A stretch of 64,000 bases of DNA from Candidatus Gottesmanbacteria bacterium. GTDB lineage: Bacteria > Patescibacteriota > Microgenomatia > 2-02-FULL-39-11. The notes below the pieces were generated by a model that worked only from the letters and a program-made list of their open reading frames with translations, was not told the origin of the DNA and searched no databases. The stretch covers positions 633 through 64,632 of the forward strand of contig JACPZE010000044.1 in NCBI GenBank assembly GCA_016195685.1. The letters are read 5' to 3'. The position numbers and the translations under genes were made by a program. Numbering within the stretch: position 1 is the stretch's first letter; the number at the start of each line of letters is the position of its first letter. Positions 34,016 through 43,795 of the stretch are shown piece after piece.

Positions 34016-35215
34016 ATGCTTAAATATCTTTTTATTATCTCTTTCTTTCTCGGATTGAGCCTCTTTTTATCTCCTGTAAAAGTCTCTGCAGAAGAAGTTT
34101 CCTGTATGGGAAAGCCAGCTACAATAGTTAACGATCTGGAAAATGTGGTTATCAATGGAACTGAGGGGGATGACGTAATTGTCAGTACCGCACAAAATGT
34201 TGATATTTATGGTAATGGTGGAAATGACACTATATGTGCCGCAGGAAAAGCAAGAATTTGGGGAGGAGATGGTGATGATAAAATCGATGGAGGGGGAGCA
34301 AGTGAAATCCATGGTGGTCCCGGTGACGATGTAATATTTGCTCACGCGGGCGCTGGAAATACAGGAACTATTAACAGTACAGAGGCATATAACGGAACAC
34401 CCGGAGTAAACTGTTTAGCCGGAACAGGAGTTGAAGACAGTAGCACGATTTATGGAGATGAAGGTAATGATATTTTAGTCGGATGTGGTGGGCATGATAT
34501 TTTAGATGGCGGTCCAGGTGTAGATGCAATATTTGGATATGGAGGTACTGATCTTCTTTACGGTGAGGATGGGAATGATTTGTTAGTAGGTAATGATGGT
34601 GATGATACGATTTACGGTGGTCCTGGTTTAAATACAATTTTGGGTGGAGGTGGAAACGATACAATTTATGGAGGAGATGATGGGAATTATATATATGGAG
34701 GAGAGGGGAATGATTCTCTTTTTGGGGGAAATGGCAATGATTATATATTTGGGGAAGCCGGTAATGATGAAATCTATGGTTATGGAGGGGATGATTATAT
34801 AATTGGAGGAGAGGGAGCAAATGTAATTGATGGTGGAACAGGATACAATAGATGTATGCAAGGTGATCCTATGTATAATTGCGTTGATCTTTTACATCCG
34901 CCAACCCCAACTCCTGCTCCTACAGATGAGCCTACACTTACGCCTACTATCACTATTACTCCTACAGTGACTCTTACTCCTGTACCTTTGGAGCCTACGC
35001 TTACCAGTACTCCTACTCCTGTAGTTCCTACACCCACAACGCGATTGCCAAGTCTAGTTCTACCAACAATAAATTGGACATTGCCTCAATTATGGTTATT
35101 ATCACCCACACCAACTATTGGAGGAGATAATGGTCCTACACCCACAGTACAACCTACACCTACTCAACCTAGTAGTTCAAATAGGTATAACAGGCCACCT
35201 TACCGTATTAACTAA
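34016..35215 (+). CDS. Secreted hemolysin-type calcium-binding (RTX) repeat protein with a P/T-rich C-terminus
   Basis: Signal peptide MLKYLFIISFFLGLSLFLSPVKVSA. Many GGxGxDxxx nonapeptide repeats (GNGGNDTI, GGDGDDKI, GGPGDDVI...). Confidence 0.7.
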   Translation: MLKYLFIISFFLGLSLFLSPVKVSAEEVSCMGKPATIVNDLENVVINGTEGDDVIVSTAQNVDIYGNGGNDTICAAGKARIWGGDGDDKIDGGGASEIHGGPGDDVIFAHAGAGNTGTINSTEAYNGTPGVNCLAGTGVEDSSTIYGDEGNDILVGCGGHDILDGGPGVDAIFGYGGTDLLYGEDGNDLLVGNDGDDTIYGGPGLNTILGGGGNDTIYGGDDGNYIYGGEGNDSLFGGNGNDYIFGEAGNDEIYGYGGDDYIIGGEGANVIDGGTGYNRCMQGDPMYNCVDLLHPPTPTPAPTDEPTLTPTITITPTVTLTPVPLEPTLTSTPTPVVPTPTTRLPSLVLPTINWTLPQLWLLSPTPTIGGDNGPTPTVQPTPTQPSSSNRYNRPPYRIN

Positions 35216-37583
35216 TTTTCTTTCGAAAAATAATAAAAATTATTCCCAAGATTATTTCTCCGGCTAAAAGAAAAACTTTCAACTTATTCGGTTCATAGGT
35301 AAATTCCACTGTGTGAGTTCCGGGTGTGACTGGAGTAGCTAGATAAAATGGGAACACTGCGAATTTACTTGCCTCGTTTCCATCCAACTTTACCTTCCAA
35401 TCAGGATGGTAACTCATCTTAAACATGGCATAACAATATTTACAGTTATTCGGTACTTCAATTGTGGCGGAAAATGTTTGTTTTGATTGATTATCTTTGA
35501 TTATTTTTCCGGAAGGAGTAGATTCTGGAAACATGAGAGGAAAATCCGCGAATATATTCTTGGATTGCCCGTTTTCTATATAATTTGTTTCATCAGTCAT
35601 GGTTAAAACTCTTTGCATGTTTTGTGGAATAGTAGGATTATTCTCTACAGAGATAAGAGGGTGCATTTTCCACCTTCGGGTGTAGGAATTCCACCAATAA
35701 TGGACAAGGTTTAGATAATTCGTCTTATCGCTTTTTACCATCATTGGAGAAGTTACCACATCAAACCAACCGGTAGTAGGTGCCTGGAAAAGATTAAACG
35801 GGCCGTATTTATCAACCAATTTTAGACTAGATGCGAAACCTTCATTTTTCGCAGCTACAGCATATTTTATATTCAGCAGATCAAAGTCCAAAGCCTCTCT
35901 TTCATCAAAATCCTGCTCGTTTTCAGAAAGGGGCGACCAGGTTTCTGGTAGGAATTGGCTGATGTCATATCCTATACCTCCAAATAAAAGATAAAGTTCT
36001 GTTGATCCAAGTCTGAAATTTTTGCCCCAATTTCCAGGCCTTCCGGCATAGATTCTTCCGCGTGGAAGGGAATCGATCTTTGCGAGTAGATTTTGGAAAT
36101 TATGTTCATCATAGCGGTAGGCATCATTCGCCTGGTAAATCCATTTGTTATTTAAAGTGGCATAATCAGCAGTTTGTTTGGTAGTTATGTAGATCAAAAA
36201 GGATGCGAATATAAATAATAAGATATAAAAGACTATATTGAGATTTGGATTCACAGCCTCAATACCGAATTTCTCATCTGCGCGGGTTCTGCCGCGAAAG
36301 TATCCCAACTTCGTCCCGCTAAGCGGGACTACGTTTGGGAGTCCCTCCTTCGCGCCACCCACAGTTAATAATTTTGATATTTTATATTTGATTTTTGATA
36401 TAAACGAAAATAAATATTCCAACCCAGCTGGAATTAAGAATAGTGCTGCAATATGTACCCCCACTATAAATCTATGCTGGTGAAAGTCTTTCATACCGGG
36501 GATAAGATCGATCAGTCCTCCCCAAGTTGTTCTGCCAAAATATAAAATCATCCAGAAAGCAAAAAGAAGAGAAAAAGGAAAATATTTCCTGCGGATAGTC
36601 AGGACAAAAAAACCTGCCAAAACAAGAATAGTTACAATAGGGAATCTCTGCCAGTCAAAAATCTCCCCTGCAAACAGTTGTCTTGCCACTTCATACCATC
36701 CGTATGAATTGAATTTCCAGATAGGATCCCAGAAAGAGATGATGTGATATTGATTATTTAAAAGAATGGGAATAATCCAATATGAAAGAATTAAGAAACA
36801 TGAAGCAAGAATGAAGAATAATTTCTTACCCCTATTTATTATTTGAGATAAATTTAAATCTAGAAATATAAAAGGTATGGTAGAGAGAAATCCTATTATT
36901 CCGATACCTAGGTGTCCCATGACTGTGAGGGTGAGAAATATTATCGATTTTAAGGTGTATTTATTCCACAACTTGTAATCCTTACTACTTGATTCGTCAC
37001 CGATTAATGCCCTATAAGTAAAAGCAATTCCGAGTGGTAGGAAAATAAGTGCATAAAGCTGTGAAGTGAGTCCGTAGCCTCGCCAAAGGTAACTTGGCGG
37101 GTCAATACCGTAAAGTCCGTCTGTTGAGTAGTGAGCAGAGAAGAACGCTCCTAAAGCAGCCAAGATGGGTGAGAAACCAACTATTCTGAGAGCTAAAAAA
37201 ACAGATAGAGGAAAAAGACTTAGCAGTAAGTATTTTGTCCAATTATAGTAATTGTAAATTGAAAATTGAGAATTGAAAATTGAAGAGATGGGTTTAATAA
37301 AAAGATGATATGAGGAGACAATTGTTATTTGAGGTATATGACTGTAATAAAATGGAAGGGGATAACCTTCAGCCCAATTGGTTACATTATGGTCGATAAG
37401 ATTAGGTAAGCAAGATAAAGATAGTGGGCAACCGTAATTTTCCCAAACCCAATTGGTTCTGCCTACCAAAGAAAATTGAAAAATATTATCATTTGGATCA
37501 GCCAAGATTTGAGTCTCCGGATAGTTGAGCCAGAGATTAAAGATTATTGTTGCTGCTAATATTAAATAGGCGATGTATTTCAT
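35208..37583 (-). CDS. Large polytopic membrane protein, GT-C-like (YfhO/PMT-like), carrying an RPE-like insertion and heptamer-repeat insertions
   Basis: 791 aa with many TM helices and a C-terminal soluble domain. The element inserted in-frame gives LTVGGAKEGLPNVVPLSGTKLGYFRGRTRADEKF. Confidence 0.6.
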   Translation of the reverse strand: MKYIAYLILAATIIFNLWLNYPETQILADPNDNIFQFSLVGRTNWVWENYGCPLSLSCLPNLIDHNVTNWAEGYPLPFYYSHIPQITIVSSYHLFIKPISSIFNSQFSIYNYYNWTKYLLLSLFPLSVFLALRIVGFSPILAALGAFFSAHYSTDGLYGIDPPSYLWRGYGLTSQLYALIFLPLGIAFTYRALIGDESSSKDYKLWNKYTLKSIIFLTLTVMGHLGIGIIGFLSTIPFIFLDLNLSQIINRGKKLFFILASCFLILSYWIIPILLNNQYHIISFWDPIWKFNSYGWYEVARQLFAGEIFDWQRFPIVTILVLAGFFVLTIRRKYFPFSLLFAFWMILYFGRTTWGGLIDLIPGMKDFHQHRFIVGVHIAALFLIPAGLEYLFSFISKIKYKISKLLTVGGAKEGLPNVVPLSGTKLGYFRGRTRADEKFGIEAVNPNLNIVFYILLFIFASFLIYITTKQTADYATLNNKWIYQANDAYRYDEHNFQNLLAKIDSLPRGRIYAGRPGNWGKNFRLGSTELYLLFGGIGYDISQFLPETWSPLSENEQDFDEREALDFDLLNIKYAVAAKNEGFASSLKLVDKYGPFNLFQAPTTGWFDVVTSPMMVKSDKTNYLNLVHYWWNSYTRRWKMHPLISVENNPTIPQNMQRVLTMTDETNYIENGQSKNIFADFPLMFPESTPSGKIIKDNQSKQTFSATIEVPNNCKYCYAMFKMSYHPDWKVKLDGNEASKFAVFPFYLATPVTPGTHTVEFTYEPNKLKVFLLAGEIILGIIFIIFRKKIS
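36281..36368 (-). repeat. Palindromic RPE-like element, copy C, inserted in-frame in the GT-C-like gene
   Basis: cGCGGGTtctgccgcgaaagtatcccaacttcgtcccgctaagcgggactacgtttgggagtccctccttcgcgccACCCAC. It is in the same frame as copy B and the inner hairpin is 9 nt longer. Confidence 0.7.
37250..37286. repeat. In-ORF heptamer repeat (aattgta/aattgaa/aattgag) encoding SIFNSQFSIYNY
   Basis: aattgtaaattgaaaattgagaattgaaaattgaag. Confidence 0.6.
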
Positions 37584-39412
37584 TTATAAAGTACTGGGTT
37601 TAACCAGTCCGCGTGATCACTATTTATTCCGTCTCCTGCGTCTGTCACCATGAGTCCTAGAAATTTAACACCAGTTATATTCAAATTTACATGATTTGGG
37701 TAATCAAATCGGCCCATTCTTTTACTTTCAAAAAGTTTTTTTGTATCACCGTAAATGATAAAGACCGAAGAAGCAGGAGTGGCAGCTTCGGTGTCTATCC
37801 CAAAATCTGTAGAAAAACTTGTGAATTTCTTATCAATATCAAAAACCAAATTTGAGTTGGCATGAGTGCCGAAGCCTTTGCGGTAGAATAAGTAATTATT
37901 AGATAGTCTACTCCATGATTTAAAACCAGCGGAAGAATTTACTGATTGGTTTACTTGTAGTACGCCATAGTCTTGTTTGATCAGGACTGGTTTGAATAAA
38001 GTGAGTGAAATTGGTTTGCCAAAAATATAAGGGATGTTGAGAATTATTAAACAGACAACAATAAAAAAAGAACTCATGACAAAATATAAATATGATATTT
38101 GAGAGAATATATATGGCAGAAGGAGAAAGAATAAAAGAATTAGAAAGAAGGAATTAAAAATTGTCATTGGAACAGTAGTTAATCGTGTCAATAATTGGAA
38201 TCCATTTTGGGGATAATTTATTATCAGTCCATAATGCATGTTGAAAAAGATGGTGAAGGTAAGGAGGAGATATATGATCCAAAAATATTTTCCATTTCCG
38301 AAGAGACCACGGAAATTATATTTTTGATATTTAATATTTGATATCTCTAGAAAAGGATAGAGGAATAATAACAATACTATTACAGGATAGCTATATCTTT
38401 CGTGGCTTTGAGTAGTGAAGAGGAAAAAGGCAAAAATACCAAGCGATAATGATAATAAGAAATTTCGAGCAGTTGGTTTCAGAAATACAAGGATAGTTGA
38501 GAGAAGATAGAAACTAGAGAAAAGAATTAATCCAACAGTTTTGGCGTTCAGTATCCCCAAAATTGTTAATCTATCTGTCGCAGGCATTCCATGACCTTTG
38601 GCTACAATCCACCAGAGATTATGAGCATTAAGAGATAGCCACGGGAAATAGTCACCGTTGACGGTAAGAAGATAAAGTACTTGATTCATTTGGTGTTCCC
38701 AGATGAAAGGAAGGTTTAAGAAGAAAAAAGTTGCAACAGACATAGCCACACTTTTGATCATGGTATTTATATCGAAATACCGCCAGATAAAGATAAAATA
38801 GATAGGGATAAAAATGATATTTTGTAGTTTCATCATTGTTCCGGTAGTGAATAAAATGGTAGCAAGATGTGGACGCCGATAGAATAGAAGAATAATTGCA
38901 ACAAGGGTAAAAAGTATACCGAAAGACTCAACTTGTCCCCATATAGAAGAATCAAGGATAACGATAGGATTTAGGAAGAACGCAGAAGAAAGGAGAAGGG
39001 GAAGTATAGAGTATACTCTTGAATTTTTTTCGATAATTTCAGCACCAAGTTGTTTTAGTTTTTCTTTCTGTGAGAAAAACCAATATATGAGCCAGGCTAT
39101 CGCTACATCCGATATTATCGCCACAGATTTGGATACTGCCAGGAATCCGAAATTATTTTGCCGCCAAAAATTATTGAAATTGTGTGGATCGCCAATGAGA
39201 GAATAAGCTTTACCCATAAGCCAAAGCACGTAAAGGAATGCAGGAGGGTAGTTCGTGTTCGTATTTAGAGATGCCCATACTACGCCATGATCTGCTGCGG
39301 CTAGCCCCCAAGATTTCCAGAAAGAAATATCCGCCAAAAAACCCGTATTGCCGATAAAAAGGATTCTTAAGACTAATCCGATAAAGAGGATAAAGAGGAA
39401 TTTTTTAGACAT
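37580..39412 (-). CDS. GT-C-like polytopic membrane protein with a C-terminal NPCBM-like carbohydrate-binding domain
   Basis: About 12 TM helices. C-terminal KGFGTHANSNLVFDI...GVKFLGLMVTDAGDGINSDHADWLNPVL matches the NPCBM/NEW2 pattern. Confidence 0.65.
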   Translation of the reverse strand: MSKKFLFILFIGLVLRILFIGNTGFLADISFWKSWGLAAADHGVVWASLNTNTNYPPAFLYVLWLMGKAYSLIGDPHNFNNFWRQNNFGFLAVSKSVAIISDVAIAWLIYWFFSQKEKLKQLGAEIIEKNSRVYSILPLLLSSAFFLNPIVILDSSIWGQVESFGILFTLVAIILLFYRRPHLATILFTTGTMMKLQNIIFIPIYFIFIWRYFDINTMIKSVAMSVATFFFLNLPFIWEHQMNQVLYLLTVNGDYFPWLSLNAHNLWWIVAKGHGMPATDRLTILGILNAKTVGLILFSSFYLLSTILVFLKPTARNFLLSLSLGIFAFFLFTTQSHERYSYPVIVLLLFLYPFLEISNIKYQKYNFRGLFGNGKYFWIIYLLLTFTIFFNMHYGLIINYPQNGFQLLTRLTTVPMTIFNSFFLILLFFLLLPYIFSQISYLYFVMSSFFIVVCLIILNIPYIFGKPISLTLFKPVLIKQDYGVLQVNQSVNSSAGFKSWSRLSNNYLFYRKGFGTHANSNLVFDIDKKFTSFSTDFGIDTEAATPASSVFIIYGDTKKLFESKRMGRFDYPNHVNLNITGVKFLGLMVTDAGDGINSDHADWLNPVLYK

Positions 39413-39429
39413 GTGTTTATTATTATAAT

Positions 39430-39615
39430 TTAAGGAGTAGGAGTAGGGCTAGGGCCAAGGTAGGTAGATCCTGCAGGTATAATGATTCCGGAGGGTTGGC
39501 TTTGTGAATATCTGTATGATACAAAAAACGCTCCAATCAGAATCAACATACCCAAAACGACGATAATTACGAGTTTTATTTCAGAAGGATTTTCCTGGTT
39601 ATTCTCTTTATTCAT
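39430..39615 (-). CDS. Small single-TM protein (61 aa)
   Basis: ORF with a TM helix; weak support. Confidence 0.3.
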   Translation of the reverse strand: MNKENNQENPSEIKLVIIVVLGMLILIGAFFVSYRYSQSQPSGIIIPAGSTYLGPSPTPTP

Positions 39616-39637
39616 TTATGCTAGAATTTTAGCATAA

Positions 39638-41275
39638 ATGGTGAAAAAATTATTAATCTTTTTAAGTATTTTCTTTGTTTTCCTCTCTTTTTATCCTACA
39701 TTGTATGAAATCCAGCAAGCTAAAAATCTGCCAAATGAACGCTTTTTTGAATTAGTTCATAATTATGTTTTTGATTACAACTTCTATCTTTCAAGAATAA
39801 AAGAAGGGCAGGAGGGGAGATGGCTCGTAATTGAAAAATATTATAACAAGCCGCATCATGGTTCATTTTTTCAGATTTTTTATCTTTATCTAGGTAAGAT
39901 AGGTGGAATATTTCATCAGTCTAATGTGGTGATTTATCATGTCGCAAGAGTAATCCTGGGGCTTATATTATTACTACTAATCAGTAAATTAGTAATGAAT
40001 CTTTTCCCGAATTGGTGGAGTGTAGTTTCTTTTTTGATGATAGTTACTGTTGGAAGCTGGCCAATACTGATAAAACTGGGAGATGGTTGGCGTTTTGCCT
40101 CTCATTGGGGTGGGTGGTCGGTGATAGATAGTTTGCAGAGAATTACTTTTATCCCTCATGTAGTTTTTGGACAGATATTCTTGGTATTTTTTATCTGGAA
40201 ATTTGGTTTAAATCCCCAAAAAGAAAAAATTACCAGTTGGTTTTGGTGGTGGAATCTGGGTCTTCTCGCAGGGATAATATTTCCACCTGCCATCATCATA
40301 ATTTATGCGATTTTTGTAGTTTTATCTTTGTTGGAAATTATTGGAAATAAGTCAAATAAGGAATTTAAGTCACTTATTTTACCAAGAGTAGTCTTTATAA
40401 TCTTTTCTCTTCCTGCGCTTTTATATTTGCAGATCATGTTTAAAATAGAACCATGGAAAGCTCTATCACTATTTGACATCCAGCATAGGTCGATATTACC
40501 TTACTCTGAGTATGCCTTAGCATTGGGACCGATGTTGCCTTTAGGCTTGGTAGGATTATTTCTTGCTTTATATAAAAAAGAAAAAAAGTTTTATCCTTTC
40601 GCCGCATGGATAATAGCGTTGGGCTTTTTATTTCTAGTTTTTGAACACATACCACAACAATCTCCCACGCGTTTTACCCAGATGCTCATAAACATCCCCT
40701 TGGGCATTTTAGCGACTTATCTTTTTCATAATTTATGGCAGATTCGTGGTCGGTTGACAAGATTAGTCAGAGGAATAACAGTTATAATGTTTATAGCTGT
40801 TATATTACTTGGTTTTAGCGTAATGCTTTCAGAGTTGGGATGGCTTACGGACCAGGTAAGGTGGAAAAGGGAAGGGACCTGGCTTTATCCTGTCGGGGCG
40901 GAGCTGGTTTATCCGCTGAAAGACTTTATGAATGGTGTTTATTTTCTGAAGGATAATACTAGGCTGGAAGACATTGTTTTAGCTTATGAAGCTGCAGGAA
41001 ATTATATTCCCGCTTATGCCGGTAATTTTGTGTATTTAGGTCATGCCAACACACCGGATGAAGATGGAAAGTTATTAGTCGCAAACAAGTTTTTCAGCGG
41101 GAAAATGATACAAGCTGAAGCAAAAGGATTTCTTGAACGCGAAAACATCAAATACATCTATTTTGGTCCCCAAGAGAAGGAATTAAGTGACCTTACTGAC
41201 TTGTCGACAGTTTATAAATTCATTACTGCTACATACAGTAATAGTCGAGTAATTATCTATAAATTAAGTTTATAA
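39638..41275 (+). CDS. Polytopic membrane protein (GT-C-like), paralog of 41257..43005
   Basis: ORF. Shared motifs with its convergent neighbour (DYNFYLSRIKEGQEGRW vs DYYFYLSLMNEGANGAW; C-terminal IYKLSL vs IYKLNL). Confidence 0.55.
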   Translation: MVKKLLIFLSIFFVFLSFYPTLYEIQQAKNLPNERFFELVHNYVFDYNFYLSRIKEGQEGRWLVIEKYYNKPHHGSFFQIFYLYLGKIGGIFHQSNVVIYHVARVILGLILLLLISKLVMNLFPNWWSVVSFLMIVTVGSWPILIKLGDGWRFASHWGGWSVIDSLQRITFIPHVVFGQIFLVFFIWKFGLNPQKEKITSWFWWWNLGLLAGIIFPPAIIIIYAIFVVLSLLEIIGNKSNKEFKSLILPRVVFIIFSLPALLYLQIMFKIEPWKALSLFDIQHRSILPYSEYALALGPMLPLGLVGLFLALYKKEKKFYPFAAWIIALGFLFLVFEHIPQQSPTRFTQMLINIPLGILATYLFHNLWQIRGRLTRLVRGITVIMFIAVILLGFSVMLSELGWLTDQVRWKREGTWLYPVGAELVYPLKDFMNGVYFLKDNTRLEDIVLAYEAAGNYIPAYAGNFVYLGHANTPDEDGKLLVANKFFSGKMIQAEAKGFLERENIKYIYFGPQEKELSDLTDLSTVYKFITATYSNSRVIIYKLSL

Positions 41276-43005
41276 ATCGTCACCGCTTCTTTATCGTAAA
41301 CTGGTTTCAAAAGAGTAGGGTAAAGATAATTTTTGGCAAAAGGTTTTTCTTCCGGGCCTTGGAATACTAGAGCAATTTTATTACTCACAAGGAAGTTTTT
41401 AGCTTCTTCTGTGGTCATTTTATCTTCAAATAATCTTTGTGTATCATTTTCCTTTTCCTGCTCTTTATATGTATAGCCAAAATGGCCGATAAAACTGATC
41501 GTATTGGTATATGCTGGCAAATAATTTCCGGTATAAAAGGTAGAGAGTGTAACTGATTTGGTTGGATAATTTAGGTTTATGAAATTAAAAGCATCAAAAA
41601 TCCTATTATCCAGATAAACATTGCCATAAAATGGCCAGTATTCCCTGATCTGATCTTTGATACTCCAGTAAAGGGTGGGGTAAGTAAATATAATAAATAA
41701 CGTAATACTAGTAAGAGCAACTAAATTTGAAATTTGAAATTTGAAATTTGAAATGAAATCTAAATTTTTAATATTTAATTTTTGAAAATTCAATGAAAAT
41801 TTAAAATTGAAAATTGAAAATTGTTTAAGAAACTTTTCAATAGTCTTAATTCCCAGTATTGCTAGTATTGCCAATGGTAAATATGGTACCCCCTGTATTA
41901 AGCGGACATTTGAAAGATTTAATTTTGGAGCGATAGGTATAAAAAGAAGTGGAATTACTAACCAGCAAAGGATAAATATGTTTTCAAACTTTTTGGATTT
42001 TATGGTCTGATAAATTTCCATGATAGAAAATGGTAGAAGAATACCCAGCGCTCCAATTAGCTCTCTATCGAGGGGAAACTGCAGGTTTTTCTCCCAGTCG
42101 ATATACTGGCTCCAGGGAAAACCATTCTTGGTTTGAGAAACCATAAACAATAAAAATATTAACCCAATAACCCAATAACCCAATAACCCAATCAGTTTTG
42201 ACTTTTGAATTTTAACTTTTGAATTTTGGCCATTGGAAATATTTAAAAAGTAGTAAATCAACATGCTAGAAGGAATTATTAATAAGATGATCAGTAAGCT
42301 CGGTGTATGTACAAATGCCATAATTGCGCTAAGTAGAATGAGCCAGAATAGATATTTTCGTTGGGGTTTATTGATATATTTGAAAATGACAATTATTGAA
42401 GTGACAAGTAGAAATCCCCCCAACATGTGATGCGGTAGAAATGCGGCCCTTCTTACAGGATCGATGCCATTCCACCAATGCATGTAAGGTACTGACCGAA
42501 GAGTTCCATAATCATTGATAGTATGCATAAATGGTGAAGCAAATAAAAAGAAAAAGTATGTAAGATTTGGATATGGAATTTTGAGATATAAAATCAGGTA
42601 GTAAGAAGTAATAAGTAGGATTAAACCAAGAATAATTCTAGTCAGGTGATAGGTATAAGGATACCAAAGACCCAATATTTTGCTTAATCTACCAAGCCAC
42701 AAAAAGTAAGAAAAAATTATAGATGGTTGATGTCCTTCAGAAGTGTAAGGATCGTAAGTCATCCAAGCGCCATTTGCCCCTTCATTCATAAGAGAGAGAT
42801 AGAAGTAATAGTCTTGGGTATTGTTATGAATTAACGTCAAGGTACGGCCGGGAGGAGTATGTCTGACTTGCATGATCATCGGAGTGAGGTTGAGGGCAAG
42901 AATAAATAAAGTGGCGAGAACAAAAAAAACAATTTTTGATTTGAGGATTTTTAATATCACTGAGAATTTATTGTAAATTGTAAATTGTAAATTGTAAATT
43001 ACCAA
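41257..43005 (-). CDS. Polytopic membrane protein (GT-C-like) with two in-frame heptamer-repeat insertions
   Basis: ORF; paralog of the preceding gene. The insertions encode IFNFKFSLNFQKLNIKNLDFISNFKFQISN and LIGLLGYWVIGLIF. Confidence 0.55.
   Translation of the reverse strand: MVIYNLQFTIYNKFSVILKILKSKIVFFVLATLFILALNLTPMIMQVRHTPPGRTLTLIHNNTQDYYFYLSLMNEGANGAWMTYDPYTSEGHQPSIIFSYFLWLGRLSKILGLWYPYTYHLTRIILGLILLITSYYLILYLKIPYPNLTYFFFLFASPFMHTINDYGTLRSVPYMHWWNGIDPVRRAAFLPHHMLGGFLLVTSIIVIFKYINKPQRKYLFWLILLSAIMAFVHTPSLLIILLIIPSSMLIYYFLNISNGQNSKVKIQKSKLIGLLGYWVIGLIFLLFMVSQTKNGFPWSQYIDWEKNLQFPLDRELIGALGILLPFSIMEIYQTIKSKKFENIFILCWLVIPLLFIPIAPKLNLSNVRLIQGVPYLPLAILAILGIKTIEKFLKQFSIFNFKFSLNFQKLNIKNLDFISNFKFQISNLVALTSITLFIIFTYPTLYWSIKDQIREYWPFYGNVYLDNRIFDAFNFINLNYPTKSVTLSTFYTGNYLPAYTNTISFIGHFGYTYKEQEKENDTQRLFEDKMTTEEAKNFLVSNKIALVFQGPEEKPFAKNYLYPTLLKPVYDKEAVTIYKLNL
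41723..41824. repeat. In-ORF tandem heptamer repeats (aatttga x4 ... aaattga x3)
   Basis: ctaaatttgaaatttgaaatttgaaatttgaaatgaaatc...aaattgaaaattgaaaattg. Confidence 0.65.
42160..42230. repeat. In-ORF tandem repeats (aacccaat x4, then ttttgaa/ttttaac units)
   Basis: aacccaataacccaataacccaataacccaatcagttttgacttttgaattttaacttttgaatttt. Confidence 0.6.
42970..43000. repeat. Intergenic tandem heptamer repeat (ttgtaaa x4)
   Basis: ttgtaaattgtaaattgtaaattgtaaatt. Confidence 0.6.
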
Positions 43006-43033
43006 GAGAATCTGTTATCATCCGCCTAAGATT

Positions 43034-43795
43034 ATGTCAAAAGTTACACCTTCAATATCTGTTTTTTTTCCATTTTTAAACGACTGGGGGACGGTGGGGA
43101 GTCTTGTGGGAATAGCAATATCGACAGTGAGTAAACTCACAAATGATTGGGAGATATTAATTGTTAATGACGGCAGTAATCCACAAGATAGGCATGCATT
43201 AGATGAAATTGTCCAACAGATAAATCCGCAATCTGCCATCCGCAATCCGAAAATAAATAGGATTAAAATTATTGATCATGAAGAAAATAGAGGATACGGG
43301 GGGGCATTAAGAACAGGGTTTAATGAGGCGAAAAAAGACCTGGTATTTTATACAGATTGTGATGCACAGTATGATCCTAGAGAGCTTGCGAACTTATATA
43401 ATGCACTAAAACCCAATGTTGGGATGGTTAATGGTTATAAAATCAAAAGAAGTGACCCTTGGTTTAGAATTGTTACGGGTAGAATTTATCACTATTTCGT
43501 TAAATACGCATTTGGATTACCTATACGGGATACGGATTGTGATTTCAGGTTGATAAGAAGAGAAGTATTCAAAAAGGTTAAACTATTTGAAAATACAGGT
43601 ACGATCTGTGTGGAACTGGTGAAGAAAATAGATCATTTTGGGTTTAAAATTGCCGAAGTACCTGTACATCATTATTGGAGAACAAGCGGTAAAAGCCAGT
43701 TTTTTAATTTCAAAAGATTAAATAAAACCGGCATAAACCTTTTTAAACTTTGGTGGAGACTGATGATTGTACAAAATTACACTTCCTCAAGATGA
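43034..43795 (+). CDS. GT2 family glycosyltransferase (polyprenyl-phosphate sugar synthase, DPM1/GtrB-like)
   Basis: ISVFFPFLNDWGTV...ILIVNDGSNP...YTDCDAQYDP (DxD) is GT-A fold. Confidence 0.8.
   Translation: MSKVTPSISVFFPFLNDWGTVGSLVGIAISTVSKLTNDWEILIVNDGSNPQDRHALDEIVQQINPQSAIRNPKINRIKIIDHEENRGYGGALRTGFNEAKKDLVFYTDCDAQYDPRELANLYNALKPNVGMVNGYKIKRSDPWFRIVTGRIYHYFVKYAFGLPIRDTDCDFRLIRREVFKKVKLFENTGTICVELVKKIDHFGFKIAEVPVHHYWRTSGKSQFFNFKRLNKTGINLFKLWWRLMIVQNYTSSR

Noticed and set aside
34371-34861. His-rich 149-aa and other antisense ORFs opposite the RTX-repeat gene
   Set aside because: They are artifacts of the GGxGxD repeat coding strand. Complementing GGT/GAT-rich codons gives long open antisense frames. 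No independent support.
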